From the NCBI GenBank assembly GCA_973895155.1, contig OZ316892.1, forward strand, positions 3,413,223-3,477,222: a stretch of 64,000 nt of DNA, in the 5' to 3' direction. How positions within the stretch are numbered: the first letter of the stretch is position 1; each line of letters opens with the position of its first letter. This stretch comes from Marsupella aquatica. Lineage: Eukaryota; Plantae; Marchantiophyta. Positions 38,681 to 52,559 of this stretch are shown here, piece by piece. Below the pieces are notes generated by a model, which worked only from the letters and a program-made list of their open reading frames with translations, did no database searches and was not told the DNA's origin. A program made the translations under genes and the position numbers.

Positions 38681-41600
38681 CAAAAACTAATATACGTCCG
38701 TATGTTCCTTCCTAATTCTCATCTCAAAAATTTAGCTCTGCCATTCGTTTTGAGTATGACAAATTTGGTACTATATATTAACGTTGCATATTTTGAAGCT
38801 ACTAATAGGGCAAATTATTATCTAGCATTGACTGAGCTAGACGCAGCCACCTCATTCAACATATGAAATTTTTAAAGCTGTTAGTAAAGATTAGAAATAT
38901 ATAGACCAGTTTTCCTGCGGGTATGAGACTAAGCTTGAATGAGGAGCTTTCCTATTGGTTATTAATTAATACGCTAGCTCTCAGAAATCAGATCGAATTG
39001 TGAGAAGATTCTGACTAGTGAGTAAGGTTCAAGCTTGGCTGCCTGACAGGATTGAGTCCAGCAGTATCCATGTATACTAGTTACCGTTTTTATGGGAAAT
39101 TTCAGAAAGTGAGATTTACTGCCAGAGACTGTAACAGTAGGCCAGAAACGAATTGATCATTTGTCAGTTCCATCCCCAACTCTTTGTACAGTCGATGGGG
39201 TATAGTGTAGAATAGATCGTTTGTCAGTGTCCATTCCCAACTCTTGTATCGTCATTTGCCAGTTTCCATTCTCAACTCTTTGTACCAGTAGATGTGGAAC
39301 TCTTGTGTCGTCATTTGTCAGTTTCCATTCTCAACTCTTTGTACCAGTAGATGTGGAATAGTGAATCTCAAAGTATTTAAGCATCCAGAAAGATCTATCA
39401 GGCCGGGGCACTGTACACTGTAGCGAAATTGTTGAAGGCTTGTTATCCTGCAAGTTGGCGGAAGCCTTCTTGTGAGTTCAATTCGCTTCCATATAAGTTT
39501 CATAGGGAGAGCTTTCACTTTGGACGGACTTTTGCGATTATAGAATAGCAAGGACTGCCGGATCTGACCGAAGGTGGGGACGTGGGGATTTAAAGAAGAA
39601 ACGAGGATATTGGCAGGGATATCGGAGGCCTGGAGCTAGTGCAACCAGATCGAAGTTGGGTGCAGTGTATACGTAGGTACTTGCAGACACGATCGAGGCA
39701 ATTACCAGGGAAGGAACAAGAGAAGGAACCTCCAGTTCCTAAAACCTTCTAGGGAGGTGAGATCAGCTGGGAGCAACAGGAAGAGAGATTGCAGCTGAAC
39801 TTCAGAGCATCTAAAATCACTAAAGGAGGAGAAACTCTCAAGGATATATAGACTGCGGAACCTCTGCTTGAGTTTGGTGACATATTTGCAGCTGAAAGGT
39901 AGGCTCTACAAAATGGAGTTCGACTGGTCTGAAGAGGAGATGGATCGATAAATATTTCAGCCAAGGTTCGGGACTTGAGGTGTTCCCAGAGCTCCACAAA
40001 CCACTACAAACTCATGGGAGCATTGAGGTTCCCAATGTGCACCGTTTCCAATCTGAAGGGCCAGATCGGGATACATACCATTTGGACCAATCAAAGATGG
40101 TGGATGTAGGGCCTCAAGGTCCAAGTTTTCCAACGGATCATTCCAAATCAGAGCTAAGAGATGGTTGCGGGCAACGACGTCCTAACAATCGAGGACCAGA
40201 ATACCACGAATCAGAGATGGGGAAAACTCTCTCCAGCTCACCGATGGCTGGACCTGATCATGGAGAACCTCCGGTGACATCCGCTAGCTGCAGCTGTATC
40301 TAGCTTTTAAGACATGACGGAAGGTCAAGTATACGCTCTCATCACTGAAGACATGATTATGGAGACCACTCTATTAGTGTCCAAAATGGTTCGAAATGTC
40401 TTATGTGAAAGTATGGAGAAGGCAAGATCTCCGATTCTTCCACCATTACTGAGCAGTCTTGATTCAACTCTTCAGAAATTACAGGCTGATAATGTTCCAG
40501 TCACAATGGAAACATATATAAAGGAGGCTTGCAAATGGGTTTACACATACATGAGAGGCCAGAACGACAGAAGAGTTGCTGTGCATCCTCAGCACATCAA
40601 GGACATTCCTAAAAACTGGCGGCTTCAGAACCCTGGCAGCTTTTACCCCTCCGACAAAGAATGTGAAGACATAGCACTAGACAACGGAATGGAGAAGCGC
40701 CAGGTCTTGAGCCTTTTTGAAAATGAAAGGAAGAGGAATCTGACGGAGAATCCTGAGCACAAAGGAAAACTGAAATCTCACTTTCAACCGCACATCACTA
40801 ACGCTCTTACAGATTGGCAAGCTCAGAATCCAGGGCGTCCACAACCAAATAAAGACCAACTAAAACTTTTGATTGTGGAAACTGGATTGAACAGAATACA
40901 GTTAGTGGATTGGTTTAATAACCACAGAGTTGGAAGAAATCGCTCCAAGAGTAGGAATATCCAAGTTTGAGACCTTTTAGATTTGATCGAGAAAGTAAGT
41001 GGACACTCCTTGTTCCGGAGAATTGAATGTTATGCAAGGAATTTAACCTGGCTTGCTTTGGCTCGATCAATTAATTAGCTAAACTAGTTTTTTCCATCCC
41101 CAATTGATTATTAATTGAAGTACTGTAAGTTTGGTGTGCAGTATGGTAGGCAGGAGGTCCAGCATCTACTTGCCATAATTCGAGATATATGAGTCTCAAG
41201 TAGGCAGAGTCAAACTAGATTAGAATTCGTGGGAGAAACCCGCCGCAACTACTGCACGTACGTACTTGGAGACTATCATGGAGAGAAGAGGGGACAAAAT
41301 TTGTTCTATAGTCATGTTTTAATGCGCTAGCTTTCCTGTCCTACAGTCCCAACCTCCAAATTCAAAATTGATTCTATACTTTTGGGAAATCAAACTTGGT
41401 AAGACGCCCTACAAAAATCTGTCTAAACAAGGGGTTTGCAAACGAGAAATCACGTACTTTCTTTGTTTCCGGGATAATGTGTACTAATGGAAATTTGTTT
41501 GGGAATCTTCTCCAGGAGCATCGTCAAAATAAGACCAAATAATGAAGGACTATAAGTATTTTGTTATACTGGGTAGGGATATATATGGCCCTTAGTCCAC

Positions 41601-42410
41601 TTGTTGTGTGTCCCCTACCCATGTTCGGTTTACTCATTATTTTGAGTGGTCTACTGGCCAATACCCATTTTCAAATATTGTACATGAACACGTTTGCCTA
41701 GTAACTGAAGTAAGGCCAGGAATGTGGTCCCGAATGTGGTAAGGTGGTCACTCAGCTGCCCAAAGCTAAGTGCAATTGTTTACCAAATTCACTTCACTTT
41801 TAGCCCAAAGCTAATTGCAGTGGTTTACGAATGCAGATTCATTTCACTTTTGTTGCTCTTTTTTGCACTTTACTTTTGGGGCTCTTAATTTCACTTGGCC
41901 AAAAGCTAGGCCAGAGCCCGTGCCAGAAAGCTACTCAAGTTAAAGTTGTCTAGCTCTGATGGTACAAGTGGTCTAAAGTCGCCTCTTTTCTCAGACACAC
42001 TAGTAAGTTTTCATGAAGCATGGAATTAATATGCAACAGCGAGCAGATCTAAAAGTTTAGACCATCCTGACCCTGCTTATGTGATAGAATCCCAGGATGC
42101 CTGCAGTTCACTCTATCAAACCCCAAAACCATTCTTCACTCCCACATTTGCGTGCAATTTTCCCGGAAAGTTTCCTCTAGCTTGTTTCCTGAACACCCAA
42201 GCTAGCAAGTACCAATTGGACAATATAACAACACGGACAAACTCTTGCTAAAGCTCTTTCTCAACCCTCGTTTCAACCATACAATAGCATTGAAGGTTAG
42301 TGCTCCTCCCTGGGCTCCTCATGACAAAGTTGTCGGGCCATGGAAGGTTTCTGTAATAAAACAATACCAGTAGGTCAGATTGTCATGTGGACTAAGTCAC
42401 CAAGTGGGCT
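38681..42410 (+). repeat. Local segmental duplication, unit 2
   Basis: Matches unit 1 from caaaa.taatatacgtcc through gtcagattgtcatgtgga...ccaagtgg. Confidence 0.9.
39913..40970 (+). pseudogene. Paralog of the double-homeodomain gene with a disrupted 5' part and an intact 218-aa 3' ORF (40314-40970)
   Basis: Homologous ATG at 39913; +4-bp insertions at ~39946 and ~40286; GAA>TAA at ~40307; only one 44-aa repeat unit. Confidence 0.88.
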
Positions 42411-44349
42411 TGTAATTGGTTCAAGTGGGCGCGTACATTTTCCTGAAGGGATCCGATGGTATGTGTATCATATAAGAGGTCCAAAATGTACTAGTGTTTG
42501 GCAAGAGTTTTGGTCCAAACATTTTCAACATGCTCAACAAACGGAACTTACAACCAGTAGTAAGTCAATGTTCATGCACTATCTTTTGCAAGAAACAAAC
42601 ACTCATGTAACTTGACTGTACCCTACCAGTTACCCTAACACTTAGCTTCAGCGTCTTGATTCCAAAGTCGAGCTCCTCTATGGTCCAAGCCTCCAGAACA
42701 GCAATCCGGTAAGGACTAAGTACGGGGAGACTAGTGGGCAATGAGGAGTTGCACTAGCATGAGCCCCGGCATGAGCAAGACGGTAATCCGATGACTCACA
42801 CTAAGGACTTAGACTATGATGGAGTTGGTCGGGTCCTGGGAAGGGTCGGGCTCAGAGCGGACTGTCTGGACCCCCGGATGAACTTTGAATTTTGGCAGCT
42901 TGAATCGGAGCTCCTTTTGGGCCCAAGGCTAACAAAGTTTACTTCATGCGCAAAGGACGCTTGGCTCATGAGATACTGGGCGGCCCGGGTGTGGCCATCC
43001 GGGACCCTCGACTGACAACGGGTTTTGAAGGCTTAGGCATGAGCATTAGGTCAGCCTATTCACAACGGACTAAGGCACTTCACTTACGGACATCTAGCTA
43101 AAACGTTATGAGCATTGCAAGTCATGTCCATGTGTGTGGGTTGGCCCTGGGCCCTCAGTCTTAATTAACTAATATGTGGAGGACATGTGAACGCCTAAAG
43201 GGTAATTTTAATTCATTTTTAGCTAATAATTATAATTATTACCAATAATCACAGAACTATTTATAGTAAAATAGAAATAAAAAGGAGTAAACAGGAAGAG
43301 GTCCCGATCGCAGGGGGTCCACTTCTTTTACATGGAGTGAGGGCCAGGGGGTTGGAATCCAAGTTGAGGGCCAAATATACGAGACGGTCAAAGCCGATGG
43401 GGGGTAACAGGTCTCTAAAATCATATATGAGGGGAGTGGTGTCTCCCTAGGGGCCAATGGCGAGCCCATGTCGTGAGCCATGTCGATCATGACACTAAGG
43501 AGAATTGAAATGTCAAATGGAAATGGCAATAACTTTTCAACGGGAAGTTTGTCGGAGTACTTCTTGGATGCATTGGAAAGATCTTAGATATATCACCACT
43601 CAAACATACACCCTAGCCTAGACAATACAATATGTACAATTCTATGCAAACTTGGAAATTTTCTATATTTGTCGGCAAAGCATGCACGGGTAGAAGCTAG
43701 ATGCAGTCAAACAGCATTGACCATCTGCATGAATGGAAGTTATTACTTTTCCCAAAATCCTTACAAAACAATATTGGTGCGCTCAGTTATACTCCAACTT
43801 CCTTGATTTTACTATGCATCAATTGACCTGTCCCTTTTAATTTATAAAGAACAGTTGGCCTGTTTGAAGCTTACAGGGGGTGTACTCACACCAACCTCGA
43901 CAACAAAGCCACTGAAGACAGTGTGATTAGGCAAGGTTGCAGAAAGAAATGAGAAGAAGGCAGACTTACTAGAAGTGTACCCTCAACCTAGAACGTTGTT
44001 CGTTGCTTGCACCTAGAGACCATCACGAACTATAATTACAGAATCATATTGATGTACATATTTTTATACTCGACATAATGACCAGGGACCAAAAGCTCCA
44101 GAAATTGGAACCAGAAGATTTACAAAGATGAGAGTACTATATGAGGCTGTACGTGAAGGAGGAAGGGTTAAGCTAGTGAGAGCCAATCGACATATGTCCT
44201 ATCCTCTCTTTAAAGCTTTAAGTTTGACTTTTGAAATAGCTAGATTCCCATTAATTAGTCAGTATCGAACTGAATGGAGTAAATTTACAAAAAAAAACTC
44301 ATATCCACATATCCATCCAGAAAACTATCCAGCTATCCATCGAGAAAAC

Positions 44350-47160
44350 TGGTCTGGACGCAGGTCAACCTTCCATCGATGTCAGCAGAGTCTGCTGGAA
44401 ACGGGTAGGGGGTAAGGATCTAGACAAGTAGCGAAGGAAGGAATTCGGAAAATGCATATAACTATGCCAACAGCCCTCCCCTGGCCCATGCAGAATCAAA
44501 ACATTTGAAGCTGACAGAGGCTTCTTCTGAGGAAACTTGCTAGCTCAAATGTTGAATTGAACATTTCAGCAGCGTTGTAGGCATTCTCTGTTGTTTCAAA
44601 GAATTCTTTGAACCAGGAAGGAAACCAGACTAGGCTAGATGGAAGATTAGGCATTAGTTTGAAGTTCTCTTTTCTTCCCTGTCTTCTCAGTATATGAGGA
44701 TAGCCAACCTCGCTAATTTACGTTAACACTTGCTAATAAATGCACGTTTTTTTTATGCTGTATGTGTGGCTAAAGCGATCAGGTAACCCTCATACTCGCT
44801 CTCATATGGCCATCCTGACACTTCTTGCTTGACATCTGAGTCTGGTAGCCGGCAGAGGCTAGGGGAACTTGCGTCCAGAAAGAATTGCAACCTCTATACA
44901 AGTACCAAAAATGGCAACCCAGCTAGGAGTAAGCTTGAATACATTGAATGATATGATCAAGTGCTACCATCTCAGCACGTTGTCGAGATCCAGTGAAAGA
45001 TATGGGACAGTTAAGGGAAACATCCTTCAGTTTTGTCCAACTCTGTCCACCTTCATGATATTGTGCATCATTATGTTGACTTTGTGTGCAGGTTTAGATA
45101 AGAATTGAGGACGCTGCAGTCAGAGAACTTGCAAACTTAAACCAAATTTTCAGAATCCTTGCCCATTCACTGACTATGAAAGTCATTGTTCGCTATGATT
45201 ATTTAACTCATTGACTTGCTAAGCATTGGATACTGCTAGTTGTAATACTGAGGAAGATGTGGACAGAGTACTAGAGGGAATGAGACCAACCTTCAAGATA
45301 TTGGTTAATTGCACAGGCTGTGAGCTCGGCTGTTAGGTTGCGCATATTTCTGACCCGAATAAAAGATGAAGCTGTCTTGGATACGGTCAGGATGTGGTTC
45401 AAGTAACTCAGCAATTTTGGGAAGAATTGAAGATAGAGCAGGCAAAACAAGAGTTTTTATGGAAATTGTCAAAGTTCCCACATCATGCAAAAGGCATCGA
45501 CTTCTGTTGTAATGAAGGCTTACGATTCCTTTCTAAACCTGATAGATAATTATATTGACGAGGGTAAAATATTTTCAAGTCATTGGTGAAGGATGCTTGA
45601 AATTTGGATTCGGATTTGGCTGCGAGTTTGAACTGTGGTTTGATGATCAGTTACTCATATCATGGGAAATTATCTTCAGGAACTCATGATGTCAACGTCA
45701 ATCAATTAAGCACCATCTGTGAGTTTTACAGTGTCACTCGGGACGCCAATCGAGCCAAAGCTCGCCAAGTTAATAATAATATATCCCCACCTTCATCCTA
45801 TTACCAGCTGCAGCTTCAATCAAACAGCGCTTAATACGTAATCCATGTTAATATGCAGGATCAAAACAAAATCCCGCAGGTGTGGAAACGATTTCAGGCG
45901 TCCAAATGTTCTCACATCTTACGATTGTACTTTTTAGAAATAATTATATTTACAACTAATTCCTGAGAGTAGATAGGACTGGCTAGTCGGATCTACTTGG
46001 TATAGACATAGTAGATATATTGGCTTCAACTGGCATTTTTAAATCACATCGCTTCTAATCGAGCAAAGCCACATTTGATCAGTTTCACAAAGATGTCCAA
46101 TGTGACAACGTACACGTCTCAATTTTTGTAAAATGACTTCGTTTCACATCTTCCTAACGGTTTTTTGCGTACATTTTATGAAGTTATACTCCCTTAACTT
46201 GACCTGTTTGCAAGTTCCTAAAAGTGTCTTAGTATTTACTTGATATGCCTGCCAGTTTGACAGAGGGCATTTTTGAAGCTCCATGAAAATTATTTTACTT
46301 ATCTTTGCCCCCATTAGCAGTGCAATTTTCAGGAAATTAACACGAGCATACTTCAAAATTTATATGATTCTTAAGATTAGTGTCGGCCTAGCAGACTGCT
46401 ACAAATTGGATGACCTGCAAGCCCAATTCAAGATTTAGCAGGCAATATGATTAGTGGATGAATCTTCCGAATGAGGTGTGATTTTCCGGACTTTGAATGA
46501 AATGAGCAAACTTGAGAGCAAAGCACTTGCGGCCCTGATAGCCAAGCCTCTGCAAGGATATGCGTTAATTACCCTTACGAGGGGAAAAGTTCCCATCTTG
46601 CATTCAGTCATTTCAGCTATATATTCCACTCTAGACTATGCACTCTACTTCCCATTCTACTCTCATATCAATTGAGACGCAGGAAGACAAAATGGAAGAC
46701 AGGGGAAGAATAAAGTCAGACACATAACTGTACTGTTCGCGAGAAAGGCAAGCAGGTGGAGAAACTCAGAAGACCTACTCCAATCCGACCGTCATGGCCG
46801 GTTCCTCCTAATCTGTAGAAAATGAATCTTTTGGCAGTGCAAGTTTGAGCACAACGATACACTTGTTAATGTAAATGCGATTGAAGCAACAGATGCAGAA
46901 GTTATGTTTGATAACTCAAGCTATGGGGAAAAGTCAGGAAGGTCCATTACTGTAGTACGCGTGCAAAGATTGTACTGGTGCATGCCAAGAGTGTAGCTAT
47001 GGAATTTGGAATGAGGTTGTTAGATGTAGGAATGATCGATACTAAGATGACGTAATACCTACTTTAGCGAAAGATAGATTGCCAACCTTTCGAAAGGAGC
47101 CGAAGCAAATGGACGAAAAGGTATCCAGGGGGGGTGCCACACCAGCCTTTCGGACACCTT
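44350..47160 (+). pseudogene. Possible decayed multi-exon gene, family not recognised
   Basis: Purine-rich, coding-like patches (EEDVDRVLEGMRPTFKILV; QQFWEELKIEQAKQEFLWKL; FRTLNEMSKLESKALAALIAKPLQ) alternate with T-rich intron-like stretches ending in tgcag. There are many stops. Confidence 0.25.
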
Positions 47161-48766
47161 AAGCAGCTTGATTGACAAGGCATGCATATTACGGATGTTC
47201 TAATCGTGTGTTGCATGTTAATTGGTTCTATTTTGTTAGATGGTTATATTTTGTTAGATTGCGTATTGAATGAGTTGAGTTAGCTCAACAGAAGAAACGC
47301 AATCTTTTGAGAATTTTGTATGATCCTCGATGTCGGCCTTGTTCTCAGCTGGTGTTCCTTTCTCCCGTCCAGGCTACGATTGGACATTGATCATACTATG
47401 AATATTTTCAATAGTCTGCAAAGCTAATTACAACCGCGAAGGGCAACTTCATAATCGTCTGTAAATTTAGGTCTTCCTCAAGTGGAAGGGTTAGCGGCTC
47501 ATTACAACCTGCGCTTACTTTGCATATTAAGAGTACGTCTTCAAACCAACGTACACTTGCACCTATTTTCTGCGTCGATCCCCATTTGAAGCCCTCTCGC
47601 AAGCCCTTCCTTTCACTTGCCATGTTGTGCTCGTGTGGTCAATATAACATAGTCGTCGTTCTCAATTGCCGATCAGCTCACTTCTCTCTGTCACAAATCA
47701 AGCTATAATTCTGTTATAATGAACTGCAATGGAACATTGAAATAATAACTCTGTTATAATGAACTCCAAATTTCACCAAAAGTAATAATGAGCTCCATGA
47801 GCTGTGTGCTACACTAGCTTGGACTCTCGACCAACTCTTGTCACAAAACCTGCACGAATCTGTGCAATATCTGTTGAACAGCATGAAAGGTCTTTTCTAC
47901 TATTCATGTCCTCACCAGGGGTCAGAGTTGGCTGATACTAGCACAGAGGCTTAATTTGAAAGCACCGATGTTTAAATCTAACTACTCTCAGAGCCGTAGC
48001 AGCACCAAAGAATGAGAATTTTAGGGAGTTAAGCACAAAATATGAATGGAGAACTTATAGGATAATAGGAGACCCTGGGTTAAATCAACACCGCGTTAAT
48101 GCGCTCCAAGTTTAGCGGCACCCCGTACGCTGCCCGTCACGAAATCCAATGCCGCCTGCCCGTTCCCCGACGCGGCCTAGGTTTATGTTCTACCATTTCT
48201 CCTTCGACTGCCTAAACTGCGTTTCCGTCCGTCGTCCATCCGTTTTGAAATCGGGCGGGAGCGCGAACCGACTCCCCGACCCTGCCAACGCTACCCTCCC
48301 CTGCCCCGTCTCGACAGTCGACTGCTGTCGAACCCTGCGATCCCACTCAAGGGTCCACTCAAGCGCGTTTCCGGACCGCCTGCACACGAGCTCACGGTAG
48401 AATGATGGCAGATTGATTTTCATTCTGAAGTGTCAGGATTGTGATGCCACTACTTTCAACGTGATCGTCATTGCAAGCAAAGGGTGCGTGTGATTCTGCC
48501 ATTGCCACCTGATATCATGTTATGCCGCTGTTCATTTCCACCGGTTGGCTTTCCCCCTAAATGTTTCTGGTATTTGTCAGTTCACATGCTCTTTGTCTTT
48601 GCGTTCGTGGTACTACTTTGCAAACACGTCGCAGTTCAATTTCAATTGCCCTTGCAATGCAAATGCACCCGATCATGAGGTGTGAGTTTTGTACCAGAAA
48701 TATTCGTCTTGTAGTTTTTGTTCTACCAACGCCCAAGATAATTGTTGGGAGCCTTTGCGTAATCCA

Positions 48767-51700
48767 ATGAGTCATGAAACATGGGAGTACGTACAGATTC
48801 CACCGGCTGGGAAATTTTCGTCGCTACAGATTGTTTGGAGCCCATATGACCAAGCTCTCATTCCATGGAACCGTCTCACTGATTTCAAAGATGGCGAAGG
48901 CAGAAAGGATCCAAAATTTGAGAGCTCATTTCATATTAGAACCTCAAGAAAATCTAATTCAAATAACACTGATTGGATAGAATATGCCATCTTCTGGTGT
49001 TCCTATGGCCCACAAGAGGAAGACATGTGTAGTGTAGCTATTCCTCCACTGCCTGGAACAAAACCAACATCAGGAGTACTTGGGAGTAGACCTAGGTTAC
49101 GGAAGAATGCATTCAACAACCATGCCAAGCGAGGATGTCAGTGTCATTTCATTGCGAAGAGGATGAAAGCCAACCCTGATGCTGTTCAGCTCTCCTACAT
49201 AAACAGGCAAGGATGCATTTTGTCTAATTATGCATACTCCAAGTCCGTTGCAGGGTCCACGTTGACATGAATTTATGTGCTGCAGTTTAGGTTTTGCCTA
49301 ATTTTGTGCACATAGTTGTTACTGTCTACCATCTTATTTTGTATGCAATGGTTTATGTTTTGTCTGTGTTCCAATTGCAAAAAGCATTGTAATCAAAGAG
49401 GGGACATTGTGCATGGCGATTGGGATCCACAATTGGGGCCGCCCTCTTGGGGACCAAAATGCAGCATTGCTCCATGGTTGACCAAAGAGATCCGGAAGCA
49501 CCTTGAGGACTTATTGAGGGCAGGATGGTCCGTCCTTGATATTTATGACCTCCATTGTCAATCGCAGTTTGAAAGAGGTGGTCATGATCGTGGACACAAT
49601 ACCACTGATCCTGGTGTGTCACTAACTTTTGATGGGAGAGACGACCTGGTTTCTAAACAAGATCTTCGAAACCTCAAACGAAAAGTTGACAAGGAGACCT
49701 GACTATGGTCTGATAATGACCAGGCATCGATGCGCAAATGGATGGGGATGTATCCTGAGAGAGTGCTTCTTTCACAGGAGTACATGGCGAGCCCACCAGA
49801 GCAGGAATTCATACTTTCATTGCAGTCACCTTGGCAAAGAGCGCAGATGATCACCCTATCTCATGGATCAGTTTTGGCGTTAGATAGTACCTTTGCAACT
49901 AATAAATATGGGGTATGTAATTAGCATTTCATCTCCTCAAGATCTCCATTTCATTGCATTCCATGTCTTCTAGTTCATGTTTTGCCATCTTCATATGTTT
50001 TCTTGTGTCTGTTCCTTCAATTATGGTTCATGTTCTGCCCATCACACCTATTTGACCATGCGACTTCATTTTGTATCTTTGTCGAAGTTCATGTTCTGCC
50101 ATCTTCATATGTTTTGTTGTGTCTATCCCTTCTGTTATAGTTCATGTTCTGCTCTTCATATATTTTGTTTCTAGTATTATAGTTCATGTTCTGCCCATGT
50201 GACCTATTTCATTTGATGTCTTGTAGTTCATGTTCTGCCATGTCACTACACAATGTACTTGAGTTCATTATTTGTCTTCTAGTTCATGTTCTGCCTTTCT
50301 AACCCCAGTGCGGTTGCAGTTCCCTTTCTTCACGCTCGTTGCTTTTGATCAACACCAGATGGGATTACCCATAGCATGGTGCATCTAGCAGTCTGAATCA
50401 GCTGAGCACATCACTACTTTTTTGAAGGCAATAAAGGATACAGCCTTGGCGCACAAACCTGATTGGAGTCCTAGCTGCTTCATTATTGACTGTGCTCAGG
50501 CTGAAGTCAGCGCAATATTGAAAGTTGTCTTTCCCGATATCCCCATTTATTTTTGCAGTTGGCATGTTCGACGGTATGTTCTTCCACATGTCAAACATTT
50601 TGTGTTGCAAGTAATGTTACCACATTTGTAACTCGTCCTATGAAGTTCATGTTTTGCCCAACCCACTTACGTGTTTGTGTATACAGAGCTTGGAAAGAGA
50701 ATTTGATCAAGACTGTACCAAATAGAACCAAGCTTCTGGATATGAATGATGATCTGGGGGATCTCATCTATGCCAATACTGAGGAAGACATGCAAGTTAA
50801 GTGGCGATCCTTCCAAGCAAAGTACCACATGGAACAACGATTCCTAGCTTATTTTGAAGACACTTGGATGCACAGAACAGGTTCATGTTTTGTCCGACCT
50901 CCTACTCATTTTTCCTTGCGATGAGTCAAGCATATTTCTTGGCAGTTTTCTCATGATTACACCTAATTATTGTTTTTATGCATTTGTGGAATCACAGCAA
51001 AGTGGATGAGGGCTGTTCGAGACATGCCTCGAGCCAACCAGAATACAAATGGTGCAATTGAAGGTTGGCATTTAACATTGAAGAAGATGATCAAGAGGAA
51101 TATTGGGTCCATTGGAGCTCTGCGTCTAGGTAGGGTTGTCACTTCTTTGTTCCAGGTTATGCTTCCTTTCTTTTGGTACCAGCTTCGGTGCAAAGCAAGG
51201 GGGAGAGTCATCAATTGCAAAAAGGAAGAGGTTGTCCTCAATAGCCTCCACAAGGCCATGCATGCCATGAAATTCCACAAAGTCTATTTTCCTGATCGGA
51301 GCCTGCCCAACCAGGCAATAGTAAGAAGTGCCAAGCCTGATGGGAAGGAGCACATTGTTCAAAATATATTCTCGAACTTTCCTTCCTGTGATTGTAAATG
51401 GGCGGATGAGGGAAATATGTGTAAACATCAGATTAAGGCTCTCTTATTTAGAGGCTTCGATGGAGGTGTTCTAGTACAACAATTAGGTTCCAGGTTTGGT
51501 ACTCAGATGGGTGGCATTGACCATTTGGAACTGCTTCAACACGAAGAAACAGAGCCGAAAGGAGGACAACCAACCGGAGTCCATGAGGACACAGACATCA
51601 ACCAACAACCTGAACAGGTTCATGTTCTGCAAATCTCTCTGGCTTTAAGTTTACAGAGTTTATTCAAGTTTATGTTCTACACATGTTCATGTTGGCGGCG

Positions 51701-52438
51701 TTTGTTGCGGTTTATGTTCTACACATGTTCATGTTGACGGCGTTTGTTGAGGTAACTTATGTTCTACACATGTTCACGTTGACGGCGTAAGTTTAAGTTT
51801 ATGTTCTGCACCTTTGTTTAATATGTTCTGCCAATGTTTGTTAGCAACATCTTACTGTAATTGTCTGTGATTCAGATTTGACAACACTCTACTGTAGTTG
51901 TTCAGAATAGAGAGCCAAATATGAGGGCGGACTTAATCCACATTTTTATCAGCAATTGGCTATTGTTGAAGGAGATGACTACCTCACAGAACAAGCATTC
52001 TTGGCATCACAAGTCACACTCACCAAACTCAAAGCTCAACAACAAATGAAAGTGCTTTCAGGGAAGGCCAATATAGGTCCTACAAATGCATTTGTAAGGC
52101 CTATAGGGCTGACATCTAAGCGTCGCTTGGGGGTTATAGATATTTACCATGGGGGCAAGAGAGGGTAGCGAACTCGCGCACCATCTATACAATGTGATGA
52201 ACGCCCGGTGCCATGTGCACTGCCTTCAAAGCGTAAAGTAACTAGGGAATCTAACAGACAGCATCTATGTAGGATAGGACTACAATATCAGGAAGGCAAG
52301 CGGCGGTGAAGGACTGCTAATTCATCCTTGCCAGTAGTTCCAAATCGTGTTATTCATCTTGGAGGGGGTGGTAGAGATATTGACATGAATGTCAATATCG
52401 ATCTGAATGTTGTACCTCTCTTGGAAAATGATGAATAA
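48767..52438 (+). pseudogene. Spliced MULE-type DDE transposase with a SWIM finger and several premature stops
   Basis: Exons ~48767-49206, 49381-49912, 50320-50573, 50687-50880, 50998-51617 and 51876-52438. Motifs: WCSYGP, KRGCQCHF...H, ALDSTFATNKYG (D1), CFIIDCAQAE (D2), FCSWHVRRAW (CxxH), NTNGAIEGWH (E) and CDCKWADEGNMCKH (SWIM). Stops at ~49700, ~50386, ~52166 and ~52307; one acceptor mutated AG>AA (49380). Confidence 0.9.
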
Positions 52439-52559
52439 TAACAAAAAATACCCCTTTGTTGTAACCCTTGTATATGTGTGCGGCAAAACATTGACAATGA
52501 GTCTTGTAATACACATAAAATGTGAGTGAATGCAAAACATGAACCATAACTCGGTCAAA

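Noticed and set aside
42600-43700. Possible solo LTR (minus-strand ctataaatag at ~43257) or Helitron 3' end (gcacgggtagaagctag at ~43685-43700)
   Set aside because: I could not find matching TG..CA ends with a TSD or a corresponding 5' TC end, and the CTAG is followed by A rather than T.
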